DNA from: a virus | Taxonomy: Duplodnaviria; Heunggongvirae; Uroviricota; Caudoviricetes | IMG/VR virus record: IMGVR_UViG_3300015365_000054 | Strand: one strand, 5' to 3' | DNA length: 64,000 nucleotides | Shown: piece by piece, positions 30,702 to 38,241 of the stretch | How the letters are laid out: each line of letters starts with the position of its first letter | Numbering within the stretch: the first letter of the stretch is position 1 | Notes under the pieces: model-generated | What the model was told of the DNA's origin: nothing | The model's database searches: none | What the model saw: the letters and a program-made list of their open reading frames with translations, nothing else | Translations under genes and position numbers: made by a program

Positions 30702-31133
30702 GATAAAACACCAGACTATTTCTAGTCTGGTGGGTATTTTTGGTAACAAGGTATTTCCTACCCCGTGGAGATCACGCTGCTAGGCGGTCTGCTCCAAAAA
30801 ATGCGTCATTTGCATTTATATTTTTTGCTTCTTCGGCTAGGAAACTCCCAACCCTAACGGCTTTCACATTGCCGAATTGTCTGGTCTAATACTACGTCGC
30901 CTGTCGAACCTATTTCCAGCCCATCAAATATAGTCTGACTTCACAGACAGTAGAGACTATATTTGGTGGACTGGGCGAGGAACTGCCCCTCGCGTCCAGT
31001 CAACTGTTCTTATTCCTTCATACAATCATAAATATAACTAATAAGGAGTGTCCTGCTGTTCACAGGTCGGGAATTCCAGTCCTCTAAGTCGTGTTAAACT
31101 TATACTTACCACCCTAAACACCACTTCTATTTA
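30702..31133. other. ORF-free, relatively GC-rich structured spacer
   Basis: No ORF of 60 aa or more on either strand. Perfect 11-bp inverted repeat AAATATAGTCT...AGACTATATTT (30926..30964) and an extended hairpin GACTGG-GCGAGG...CCTCGC-G-TCCAGTC (30969..31001). Confidence 0.4.
30926..30964. repeat. perfect 11-bp inverted repeat with a 17-nt loop
   Basis: AAATATAGTCT (30926..30936) and AGACTATATTT (30954..30964). Confidence 0.8.
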
Positions 31134-31523
31134 TCATAAAACAATGGGATCACTATCTTTTCTATTTTTATGTGCCTTGTATTTAGCAATCAATTCCCTA
31201 TGCGCAGTATCACTGCATGCTATTTTAATTTCCCTAATATATTTATCCTCCAAACATGTATTATTACCATATGTAACCACTGTACAATCGCAATTATCTT
31301 CTTTTCTTCTGACTCTAATAATAGAGGATACACCTTGAACAGTATCGAAATCCACCAAGAACGGAGAATCGATAATGCTTGTTTTGTTCAACATGTTCTC
31401 TAGTGTTTTCATATCTTCCTTCAAATACTCAATTTGCTTTTTGAGCATTTTGATTTCGACATCTTTTTCGGTATTGCGCTTGAGGTCAATTAAATAATCA
31501 ATAAATTTCATTTTTATCACCAT
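31134..31523 (-). CDS. hypothetical coiled-coil protein (129 aa)
   Basis: N-terminal heptad-like Lys/Glu-rich segment and a C-terminal Cys cluster (DNCDCTVV...NNTC). Confidence 0.4.
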   Translation of the reverse strand: MVIKMKFIDYLIDLKRNTEKDVEIKMLKKQIEYLKEDMKTLENMLNKTSIIDSPFLVDFDTVQGVSSIIRVRRKEDNCDCTVVTYGNNTCLEDKYIREIKIACSDTAHRELIAKYKAHKNRKDSDPIVL

Positions 31524-31525
31524 TT

Positions 31526-31553
31526 AAAGAAACCCTCTCATGGTGAGAGGGTT
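31526..31553 (-). terminator. putative intrinsic terminator after the SPFH gene
   Basis: Hairpin AACCCTCTCA-tgg-TGAGAGGGTT (10 bp) followed in minus sense by TCTTT. The U-run is weak. Confidence 0.35.
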
Positions 31554-31567
31554 TCGATTACGTCAGG

Positions 31568-32416
31568 TTACTTATTTGTAATCCCACTCAAGTTAATGAA
31601 TGGTGTGTTACCACCAGACACTGTTGGGAGTTTTCCATCCCAACGTTCAATCGCAGTCAGTTCAACCAGACGTGGATTCTCACGAAGAGCCTCACCACGG
31701 ATTCGGATTGATTCAGCTTCACCCTTGGCTTGAGCAATTGTCTTCGCAGCTTCGGCTTCTGCCTGTGCTACTTCATTCTGACGTTGCTGTGCCATCTGTG
31801 TTGCCTTAATCTTAGCATTGATTGAGTCTGTTACTGTTTCTGGTAGACGGAAATCACCTGCCCAGTATAGACGCTCAAGTTTAATACCAACAGGGTCAAC
31901 CTGCTCACGAACACGCTTTTCAACATCCGCAATCAACTCAGCCTTACCAGAACCATATACGCTTTCAATTGGCTTGGTGCTTGCAGCAGTAACCAATGCA
32001 TCACGAACCATGTTTCTCAGATAAGTATCTGTAATTTCATCAATACCCTTGCGGTACTTCTGATACAACATACTTACCTTTGCTGGATCAACTGAATAGC
32101 TAATACCCACGTCGCTGTTAACACTCAATCCTTCCACTGTCTGAAACGAAATTGATTCATCAGCAGCATTACCCTCATGTGTATTTTTAGTCCACGTATA
32201 ATTCTGTGTGAATGTTGGGAACAGATAAAGCTCCTCATTCACACCAATCCAGTATCGTCCTGGTGTCAATTCTTGCGTATCAACACCCTTCGCACCACCC
32301 AACAGATACACCTTGACACCTACGTTACCTGCGGGGACTTTTGAACACCCCACAAGACCAATCATCATAATCAACAGAATACTAAAGATCTTATTCACTG
32401 AATTTCTCCCATACAA
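31568..32416 (-). CDS. SPFH/band-7 (stomatin/prohibitin/HflKC-like) lipoprotein
   Basis: Signal peptide with lipobox LVGC. SPFH-like core with an Ala/Glu/Gln-rich coiled coil (QMAQQRQNEVAQAEAEAAKTIAQAKGEAESIRIRGEA). Confidence 0.6.
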   Translation of the reverse strand: MYGRNSVNKIFSILLIMMIGLVGCSKVPAGNVGVKVYLLGGAKGVDTQELTPGRYWIGVNEELYLFPTFTQNYTWTKNTHEGNAADESISFQTVEGLSVNSDVGISYSVDPAKVSMLYQKYRKGIDEITDTYLRNMVRDALVTAASTKPIESVYGSGKAELIADVEKRVREQVDPVGIKLERLYWAGDFRLPETVTDSINAKIKATQMAQQRQNEVAQAEAEAAKTIAQAKGEAESIRIRGEALRENPRLVELTAIERWDGKLPTVSGGNTPFINLSGITNK

Positions 32417-32594
32417 ATTTAAAAGTTGACATCACCAATACCACTCCCACCACAACTCCAGCAAGAACCAGCTCAGTAGCCCTTTCTGAAATCAAAGTAG
32501 GTCCAACGAAGCCCAAGTATAACACCCAAACTAACACATAAGCAAGACTCTTATAGTCCCACTTAAATTCTTTTTTACTCGCCTTTATCTTCAT
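32391..32594 (-). CDS. small membrane protein (2 TM) overlapping the SPFH gene start
   Basis: Hydrophobic segments LAYVLVWVLYLGFVG and LVLAGVVVGVVLVM. Overlaps the SPFH start by 26 nt. Resembles an NfeD-like partner of SPFH proteins. Confidence 0.4.
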   Translation of the reverse strand: MKIKASKKEFKWDYKSLAYVLVWVLYLGFVGPTLISERATELVLAGVVVGVVLVMSTFKFVWEKFSE

Positions 32595-32733
32595 TTCTTA
32601 TCCTCACAAGTGACCACATGTAAAAGAAAACACACTAGTGCCGCAACGTTCAACCAATTTACCCAAGACAATACATGATAAAAGTATGCATCGGCTAATA
32701 TGAATATATTCATTATACTCAAAATCATAATTA

Positions 32734-33015
32734 TCATAGCAACCCATCTCCCCTATAAACCGATTGGTCTTCTTCCAAGAATTCTACTGGACGAATGCAA
32801 TAATGGGTTCGTTCATCATCCCTAGCAGAATCATGTTCACTCCAATCCAGTAGAGGTCGTGTATACAGCATCCCACGGACTATTTTTAGTAGCCCCACCT
32901 CTATTAGTTGATGTTGCTTTACTAGCAATTCTCGATCAAAGCTCACACACTGTAAATGCTCCCATTCGTGGTAGTCATATTTGTATCGAAACAGTCCCAG
33001 CAATTCTCTTTTCAT
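32734..33015 (-). CDS. hypothetical protein (93 aa)
   Basis: ORF only. Confidence 0.3.
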   Translation of the reverse strand: MKRELLGLFRYKYDYHEWEHLQCVSFDRELLVKQHQLIEVGLLKIVRGMLYTRPLLDWSEHDSARDDERTHYCIRPVEFLEEDQSVYRGDGLL

Positions 33016-33054
33016 GATTAGTAATCATCCTCACCAAATGATATTTCTCGTGAA

Positions 33055-33504
33055 TTACGCTGCAATCAAAGTATCAACTTGCTCATACTTGTATGGTTTA
33101 TTCCAACGCCCGATGTTGATTTCAATATAATGAGAGCAATGGAAATAATCTGTTTGTGAATCACTATCATCAAAAAAGTCTGCTCCGCGCATGGCTTGCT
33201 TCACTTCATTCAGAAAGTCCAATGATACACCACTAAACTGATAGTGCTGCCAATAGGTATTGACGCTAATATGATCCTTGGCTGGATGGAATGGTTCATT
33301 TTGATTTTGTGCTTTCTCACTAGCGATCTGATTGAACATACCGATAAAATCGATACAACCAGATTGCACTGTGAGAACCAGTGTTGAATTATTACGCACA
33401 GAAATAGAACCTTTTACCCCATAACGCTTGCAAATCTTTTTGATTGCAGGGGCAAGTTCAGCTTTCTTTTCTTGTGATACGTATGCCATTTTTGTGCTCC
33501 ACAA
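33055..33504 (-). CDS. hypothetical protein (149 aa; alternative start at MAYVSQ)
   Basis: ORF only. Confidence 0.35.
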   Translation of the reverse strand: MWSTKMAYVSQEKKAELAPAIKKICKRYGVKGSISVRNNSTLVLTVQSGCIDFIGMFNQIASEKAQNQNEPFHPAKDHISVNTYWQHYQFSGVSLDFLNEVKQAMRGADFFDDSDSQTDYFHCSHYIEINIGRWNKPYKYEQVDTLIAA

Positions 33505-33576
33505 AAGTGCCTTCGATGGGGTGTACTATACCACCAAATTAATGCCCTGTCAACAGATTTTTGTGTTTCCTAGATC

Positions 33577-33816
33577 TTATTGTGTCCAACTTTCCCTTTC
33601 CAAGCGTCGAAGTACCTTATTATACTGATCATGCAGTAAAAATCCAACACAAGCAAGAACGAACCCAATACTGAACATAATTGTATACTTTACTATAAGC
33701 CATAGACTTATAATAACACCGGATACGATTGCTGCCCATATCCCAGTGCATAACACAACATCCATTGCGACAGTTTTTGCCGTTTCGATAAGTGCCTTTT
33801 TCTGTAAAGGTGACAT
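33577..33816 (-). CDS. small membrane protein (79 aa, 2 TM)
   Basis: Two hydrophobic helices and a basic C-terminus. No diagnostic motif. Confidence 0.4.
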   Translation of the reverse strand: MSPLQKKALIETAKTVAMDVVLCTGIWAAIVSGVIISLWLIVKYTIMFSIGFVLACVGFLLHDQYNKVLRRLERESWTQ

Positions 33817-33962
33817 AATATTTTACCTACCCTCTGTTCTTGAATATTGATAGCAAATCACATTATGATTGACTATGCGTTCGTCTAGTCATCTTGGATA
33901 TGTTGTATTATACATGAAATCGAATAAAATGCAAGGAAAATAAATTCAATAAAAACAATAAC

Positions 33963-34202
33963 TTACGCTGTGACATCAAACATTTGGGTATCCAATTTAT
34001 TCAACATCATCAATAATTCTGAAATATCAACTTCGTTTAGTATATAACCACGAACTAGACCAGCATTAATTTTGTCTCTTATGTTGTTTATGATTGGTCT
34101 AAATTCACCGATATAGCCATCATATGGGAAGTTGTAGAATTTATTTTGATTTATCATATTGACCTCTACAGCAAATAACTTGTGTTCCGTATTTCTGCTC
34201 AC
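33963..34202 (-). CDS. hypothetical protein (79 aa)
   Basis: ORF only. Confidence 0.3.
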   Translation of the reverse strand: MSRNTEHKLFAVEVNMINQNKFYNFPYDGYIGEFRPIINNIRDKINAGLVRGYILNEVDISELLMMLNKLDTQMFDVTA

Positions 34203-34638
34203 CAGTTAATGCACATTCAATTCTATCATACAAATACTTATAGTGATTATTATCAACACCTATATATTTTTTTATTACATCCAATGCTTGTTTCTGGAAA
34301 TCTATATTAAAGTCACAATGTTGAGTCAGTAACCAATATCTATCCCAATCATCATCGGTAAAAATATCAAAATCAAATTCCATACCCATGAATGTATTCA
34401 ATCTTTCCTTATCACCAAATATATCATCTATGTGTCTGTGTTTGATATCTGCATATATTAGTGCTCCCTGATCATAATCCCCATCAGCTTCCAAGCGGAT
34501 AAAGTGTGCATAGTCATTACGCTCTGCTTGATCTTGTGACACCAAATCATTCAATATGATTGATTCATGATTGTCTGGATTGATTTTTCTCATTTTTGGC
34601 TTTTTCTGCTGCCACTTGATCCAGTGTGGAATCAACAA
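34141..34638 (-). CDS. hypothetical acidic protein (up to 165 aa), downstream partner of the DUF2384-like ORF
   Basis: Overlaps the upstream ORF by 29-74 nt depending on start. Asp-rich, no RES-domain signature recognised. Confidence 0.3.
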   Translation of the reverse strand: MLIPHWIKWQQKKPKMRKINPDNHESIILNDLVSQDQAERNDYAHFIRLEADGDYDQGALIYADIKHRHIDDIFGDKERLNTFMGMEFDFDIFTDDDWDRYWLLTQHCDFNIDFQKQALDVIKKYIGVDNNHYKYLYDRIECALTGEQKYGTQVICCRGQYDKSK

Positions 34639-34828
34639 TCATATTCACGACGATGGATAATCTACCAAGTTGTAGCATTTGTTTTGGTGTTATTTCACCA
34701 AACATCGGATTGGGTGATTTCCACCAAATATCAACCTTTTCTCTGTCCTTATCGAAAAATCGCATCAGTAAAATATCCAGAACGGATAGTAGAAGTTCTT
34801 CTGTTGTTAATTTTTCTTCATTATTCAT
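34565..34828 (-). CDS. possible DUF2384 (ParS/MbcA/Xre-like antitoxin C-terminal domain) protein
   Basis: WWKSPNPMFGEITPKQMLQLGRLSIVVNMI fits the recalled DUF2384 core pattern W..PN..LGG..P..LL..G...V...L..I. 87 aa. Identified from memory, not from a search. Confidence 0.35.
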   Translation of the reverse strand: MNNEEKLTTEELLLSVLDILLMRFFDKDREKVDIWWKSPNPMFGEITPKQMLQLGRLSIVVNMIVDSTLDQVAAEKAKNEKNQSRQS

Positions 34829-34839
34829 GATATTATTTC

Positions 34840-35172
34840 CTAAAGGGGGAGTGTCACCTTAGACGAAGTTGTCTTTTTTGGCTTTGTGGTTTTCTTCTTT
34901 GCTGTCTTTTTCTTGACAACAGGTGTATCTGCCACATAGTCAGGTGTATCTACCGACTTGATAGATTCTGTTTTTGCTCCATGAGCATAAAATGCCTTTG
35001 TATCATCTTGGATGTAATATGGTTTCACTTCTTCATCCATAATGGATACATTAATATTTTCCTTTGCCTTGTTTTCTGCTATATCATTTGCATTGCCAAT
35101 GAATTTGGCAACTTTATACATGATGTAGAATAATCCAAGTATCGCAACTAAAATTAATATGCTATTAAACAT
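34840..35172 (-). CDS. membrane-anchored protein with a Lys-rich C-terminal tail (110 aa)
   Basis: N-terminal TM (ILILVAILGLFYIMY) and a KKKTAKKKTTKPKKTT tail. Confidence 0.4.
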   Translation of the reverse strand: MFNSILILVAILGLFYIMYKVAKFIGNANDIAENKAKENINVSIMDEEVKPYYIQDDTKAFYAHGAKTESIKSVDTPDYVADTPVVKKKTAKKKTTKPKKTTSSKVTLPL

Positions 35173-35837
35173 TTTTGATTCCCCTGTGTTTTCTCGTTGT
35201 AAATATCTATATATCTCTTTAATTCATCAATATGGTTACTGGCTTTTTCCGTAATGACCTGACAATCAATGGTTTCATCTACGGCAATCATGATAACTAT
35301 ATCATCAATATATATGCCTGTCAATTCATGGAACATTTGTGAATATGCAGCACATTGCATGAAATAATTACCAACCCAATCATTCCTTTTGATCTTTTTT
35401 GAGGTTTTGAAGTCAATTATGGACAACACCCCATTATATTCCGCAATGCAGTCAACTGTGCCAGCCAAGCATAAATTATCAGAGAACATCCTAGTTTCTA
35501 GGCAATGGATATTATCTATTTTTTTTAGTTGTGGTTTTAGTTGGACAAATGATGGTTTCACATCAGCTGCAATTGGATAAGAAGACATATCATTATTATT
35601 CAGATAATGTTCTATGGTGGAATGCACCTTTGTGCCTCTTGATGTTGCATATCTGGATATTCTATCTGCCTCTTCCTCACCAACACGTTTTCTCCATGCA
35701 GTAATACTTTTCTTACTATATTCGGATAGGACAGTTGTCACTGATGGATATCGTTTTCCATTAGCCACATAATATCTTCCGGTGCTGGTGTTTTCCTGAA
35801 TTATTTCAGGAAAACTATATTTTTTATGGGTAAACAT
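35154..35837 (-). CDS. PD-(D/E)xK nuclease of the RecB/Cas4/lambda-exonuclease type
   Basis: Motifs GTVD...SIIDFKTSKK (D...D-x-K) and QCAAYSQM (the QxxxY motif of the RecB nuclease family). Start taken at MFTHKKY. Confidence 0.55.
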   Translation of the reverse strand: MFTHKKYSFPEIIQENTSTGRYYVANGKRYPSVTTVLSEYSKKSITAWRKRVGEEEADRISRYATSRGTKVHSTIEHYLNNNDMSSYPIAADVKPSFVQLKPQLKKIDNIHCLETRMFSDNLCLAGTVDCIAEYNGVLSIIDFKTSKKIKRNDWVGNYFMQCAAYSQMFHELTGIYIDDIVIMIAVDETIDCQVITEKASNHIDELKRYIDIYNEKTQGNQKCLIAY

Positions 35838-35838
35838 A

Positions 35839-36516
35839 TTATTTTCTGGAAGTAAGCATTGGTGATGTTCTGATCGGTTGTCGAACTGATTGCAGTCTCT
35901 TCTCAAAAACAACCACACTATCATAGCATGCAATATAATCTGTTATTGCGGTGAATATTGTTGGATTATAATTTTCTCTGATGTGAATAGCATTAATTTC
36001 ATCCAACTTATCTTTAGTGAATTCCATGAAGCTACCACCTTTCTTCAATCCGCCCTCATGTGATTCCCAGTAACATGCATGAGTATCTTCTACCATATAG
36101 ACACCATTGTGGTGTATTTTATCATATAGCAACTCAAATGTTTTCACCATATGCCTATTGATATGGCTACCATCATCCAACACAATATCAATACGTGGAT
36201 ACTTTTCTAAAATAGCATCAATCACAGTAGCATCATCTTGACTACCAATAAACACATCGATATTATTATCGGGATCATTGAATGCCTCACATGCAGGGTT
36301 TATATCCAATCCAACAATCTGACATCCCTCGCCAAAATAATCTCTCCACATCGACAATGATCCGCCACCCATCACACCAATTTCTAGGATGACTGGTGCT
36401 TTTCCCCTGAATCGAGAAAAATGTCGTTCGTATATATCGAAGTAATGTAGCCACTTCTCCATATATAATGTGGAATTGTTAAGACAGTATTTGTGTAAAT
36501 ATCCAGAATTACTCAT
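35839..36516 (-). CDS. class I SAM-dependent methyltransferase, CmcI/rhamnosyl-O-methyltransferase-like
   Basis: VILEIGVMGGGSLSMWRDYFGEGCQIVGLDINP is a motif I/II Rossmann SAM-binding segment, with the acidic IVLDDGSH motif downstream. Confidence 0.55.
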   Translation of the reverse strand: MSNSGYLHKYCLNNSTLYMEKWLHYFDIYERHFSRFRGKAPVILEIGVMGGGSLSMWRDYFGEGCQIVGLDINPACEAFNDPDNNIDVFIGSQDDATVIDAILEKYPRIDIVLDDGSHINRHMVKTFELLYDKIHHNGVYMVEDTHACYWESHEGGLKKGGSFMEFTKDKLDEINAIHIRENYNPTIFTAITDYIACYDSVVVFEKRLQSVRQPIRTSPMLTSRK

Positions 36517-36536
36517 ATCATTCTCTCCATCAAAAA

Positions 36537-37292
36537 TTAATTATCTATATGATCTCTCTCATATTTGTCTACGGCAACTAGGAAATCTTTAACCAAGCTG
36601 CTACGAACAATATCATCCACAGTAAATTCCACACTAGAGAATGATTGCATTGTTTTTGCAATATCATGGAACTTACGCAATCCGGATTTATCACTCTGTT
36701 TTCTATATAGGTCACTTTGTCTGTAATCACCACAAAATATGATCTTTGATCTATATCCAACACGAGTCATTATAGTGGACATTTCTTCCCATGTTAAATT
36801 TTGACATTCATCTACTATGATAACAGAATCATCAAAACTCATACCACGAATAAAACTTGTCGAAATGAATTCAATTTTACCTGCTTCTTTTAAGCACTCA
36901 TATGCATTGTGTCTATTGAAGAGTGTGTGGTATATCTGCACATATGGCTGTTCATATAAGCTCATTTTTTCTTCTAGTGAACCTGGTGTAAAACCAATGT
37001 CTCTGCCCTGTACTGCGGATCTTACTATAACGACCCTTTTGAATGATGTCGTTTTATCATATACTTCTTTTATAGCTTTATAACATGCAATAAATGATTT
37101 CCCTGTCCCAGCACTTCCGGTTAACATGACAAAATAATCCCCACGATCATAATTATCAAAGAAGGTACGTTGATTTGCGGTTAATGGTTCAAATGTTCTT
37201 AGTTCGCTTGGCTTTATTCTTGGTGGGGGTGGGGTTTTGGTTAAATCTACATCAGATTCTACATGATCAATGTGCTTTCTTTTATTGGACAT
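36537..37292 (-). CDS. phoH: PhoH-like ATPase
   Basis: Walker A GSAGTGKS and Walker B IIVDECQN. 251 aa. Confidence 0.9.
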   Translation of the reverse strand: MSNKRKHIDHVESDVDLTKTPPPPRIKPSELRTFEPLTANQRTFFDNYDRGDYFVMLTGSAGTGKSFIACYKAIKEVYDKTTSFKRVVIVRSAVQGRDIGFTPGSLEEKMSLYEQPYVQIYHTLFNRHNAYECLKEAGKIEFISTSFIRGMSFDDSVIIVDECQNLTWEEMSTIMTRVGYRSKIIFCGDYRQSDLYRKQSDKSGLRKFHDIAKTMQSFSSVEFTVDDIVRSSLVKDFLVAVDKYERDHIDN

Positions 37293-37618
37293 TAACGCTC
37301 CTTTTTCTTAGCCTTTTTCATGTGTTTATTGAATATTTCCTTCGTCTTGATTTCCTTCGTACTCTTCTTGCCATGTGTTTGTGCTAGAGCACTTGCCGGA
37401 TGGTGCTCTGATATCTTTTGTAGAACTTCTTTGAAGGTATTATCTGTCCTATCTGTTACTGATCTAAACCCCTGACCAGAATAGTTGAATTGTGGAGGAT
37501 GCTCCATATAGGATTCCAGATGCACATTTTCTTTTAGATATTCTTCTCTGGCAGATATGGACATGAATTCTTCTGTTATCTCGCCAGTTTCTTTATTACG
37601 AAAATTATAGGTCGGCAT
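37292..37618 (-). CDS. hypothetical basic protein (108 aa)
   Basis: ORF ending in a 1-nt overlap with the phoH start. Confidence 0.4.
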   Translation of the reverse strand: MPTYNFRNKETGEITEEFMSISAREEYLKENVHLESYMEHPPQFNYSGQGFRSVTDRTDNTFKEVLQKISEHHPASALAQTHGKKSTKEIKTKEIFNKHMKKAKKKER

Positions 37619-37871
37619 GCATTGCCTCGACAGATGTAACCACTAATTCTTTATGTAGCGATCCAAATTTACGTCTGTAGACAGTTTTGCCTTTATCTGG
37701 ACTTTCGTAAATGTATTGTGGTTCTTTATTTTGCACATGATGTGCACCATCAAAATCATTAGGCCAATTCATTGTATTTTCACTCATATAATTATAACTT
37801 TTTGTTTGGTTGTTTTTTCTTTGGTTTGAAAATAGCGTCCCAATTACTTTCGAATTTATCTCTTGGAACAC
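37605..37871 (-). CDS. hypothetical protein (88 aa)
   Basis: ORF only. Confidence 0.3.
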   Translation of the reverse strand: MFQEINSKVIGTLFSNQRKNNQTKSYNYMSENTMNWPNDFDGAHHVQNKEPQYIYESPDKGKTVYRRKFGSLHKELVVTSVEAMHADL

Positions 37872-37907
37872 TTATTGGTCGTGGTTTACTGCCCTTTCCG
37901 CCTGAAC

Positions 37908-38189
37908 TCATGTTATACCTACTTTTGCCTTTATTTGTGATAAAAATGAAACCTTTTGATCAATCGTATTTGATGTCAATGCGTTAGCATATACTCTTGA
38001 TGTATTTATGAGATTATTTGCACATACATTAAAAATATCTCTGACTTCATCATCATTTAGGGAAATGCTTAATTTTGTGGGTGATTCTGTGTCGGTGAAT
38101 GACACAGAACCTTCATATTGTCCCTTTCTATCCCCATATCGGATTTTATCTATTCTGATCTCTTCTATGATAATTGGCATATAACCCAC
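37908..38189 (-). CDS. hypothetical protein (93 aa)
   Basis: ORF preceded by a near-consensus promoter. Confidence 0.35.
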   Translation of the reverse strand: MGYMPIIIEEIRIDKIRYGDRKGQYEGSVSFTDTESPTKLSISLNDDEVRDIFNVCANNLINTSRVYANALTSNTIDQKVSFLSQIKAKVGIT

Positions 38190-38211
38190 CCAGTAATATA
38201 TTAATGGACAT

Positions 38212-38240
38212 ATTATAACATAGCATAATCACATAGGCAA
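38212..38240 (-). promoter_or_regulatory. near-consensus sigma70 promoter (TTGCCT-17 nt-TATAAT)
   Basis: Minus sense TTTGCCTATGTGATTATGCTATGTTATAATATG in the 52-nt gap between two minus-strand genes. Confidence 0.5.
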
Positions 38241-38241
38241 A

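Noticed and set aside
30702-31133. tmRNA or group I intron in the structured spacer
   Set aside because: No tag-peptide reading frame ending in a stop, no tRNA-like acceptor/T-arm pair, and no P/Q/R/S intron core elements could be identified. The hairpin ending ACCAAAT is not a CCA-bearing acceptor stem.
34141-34638. RES-domain toxin partner for the DUF2384-like ORF
   Set aside because: No Arg-Glu-Ser signature pattern was recognisable. The protein is highly acidic and may be unrelated, so the toxin-antitoxin interpretation is left as a hypothesis only.
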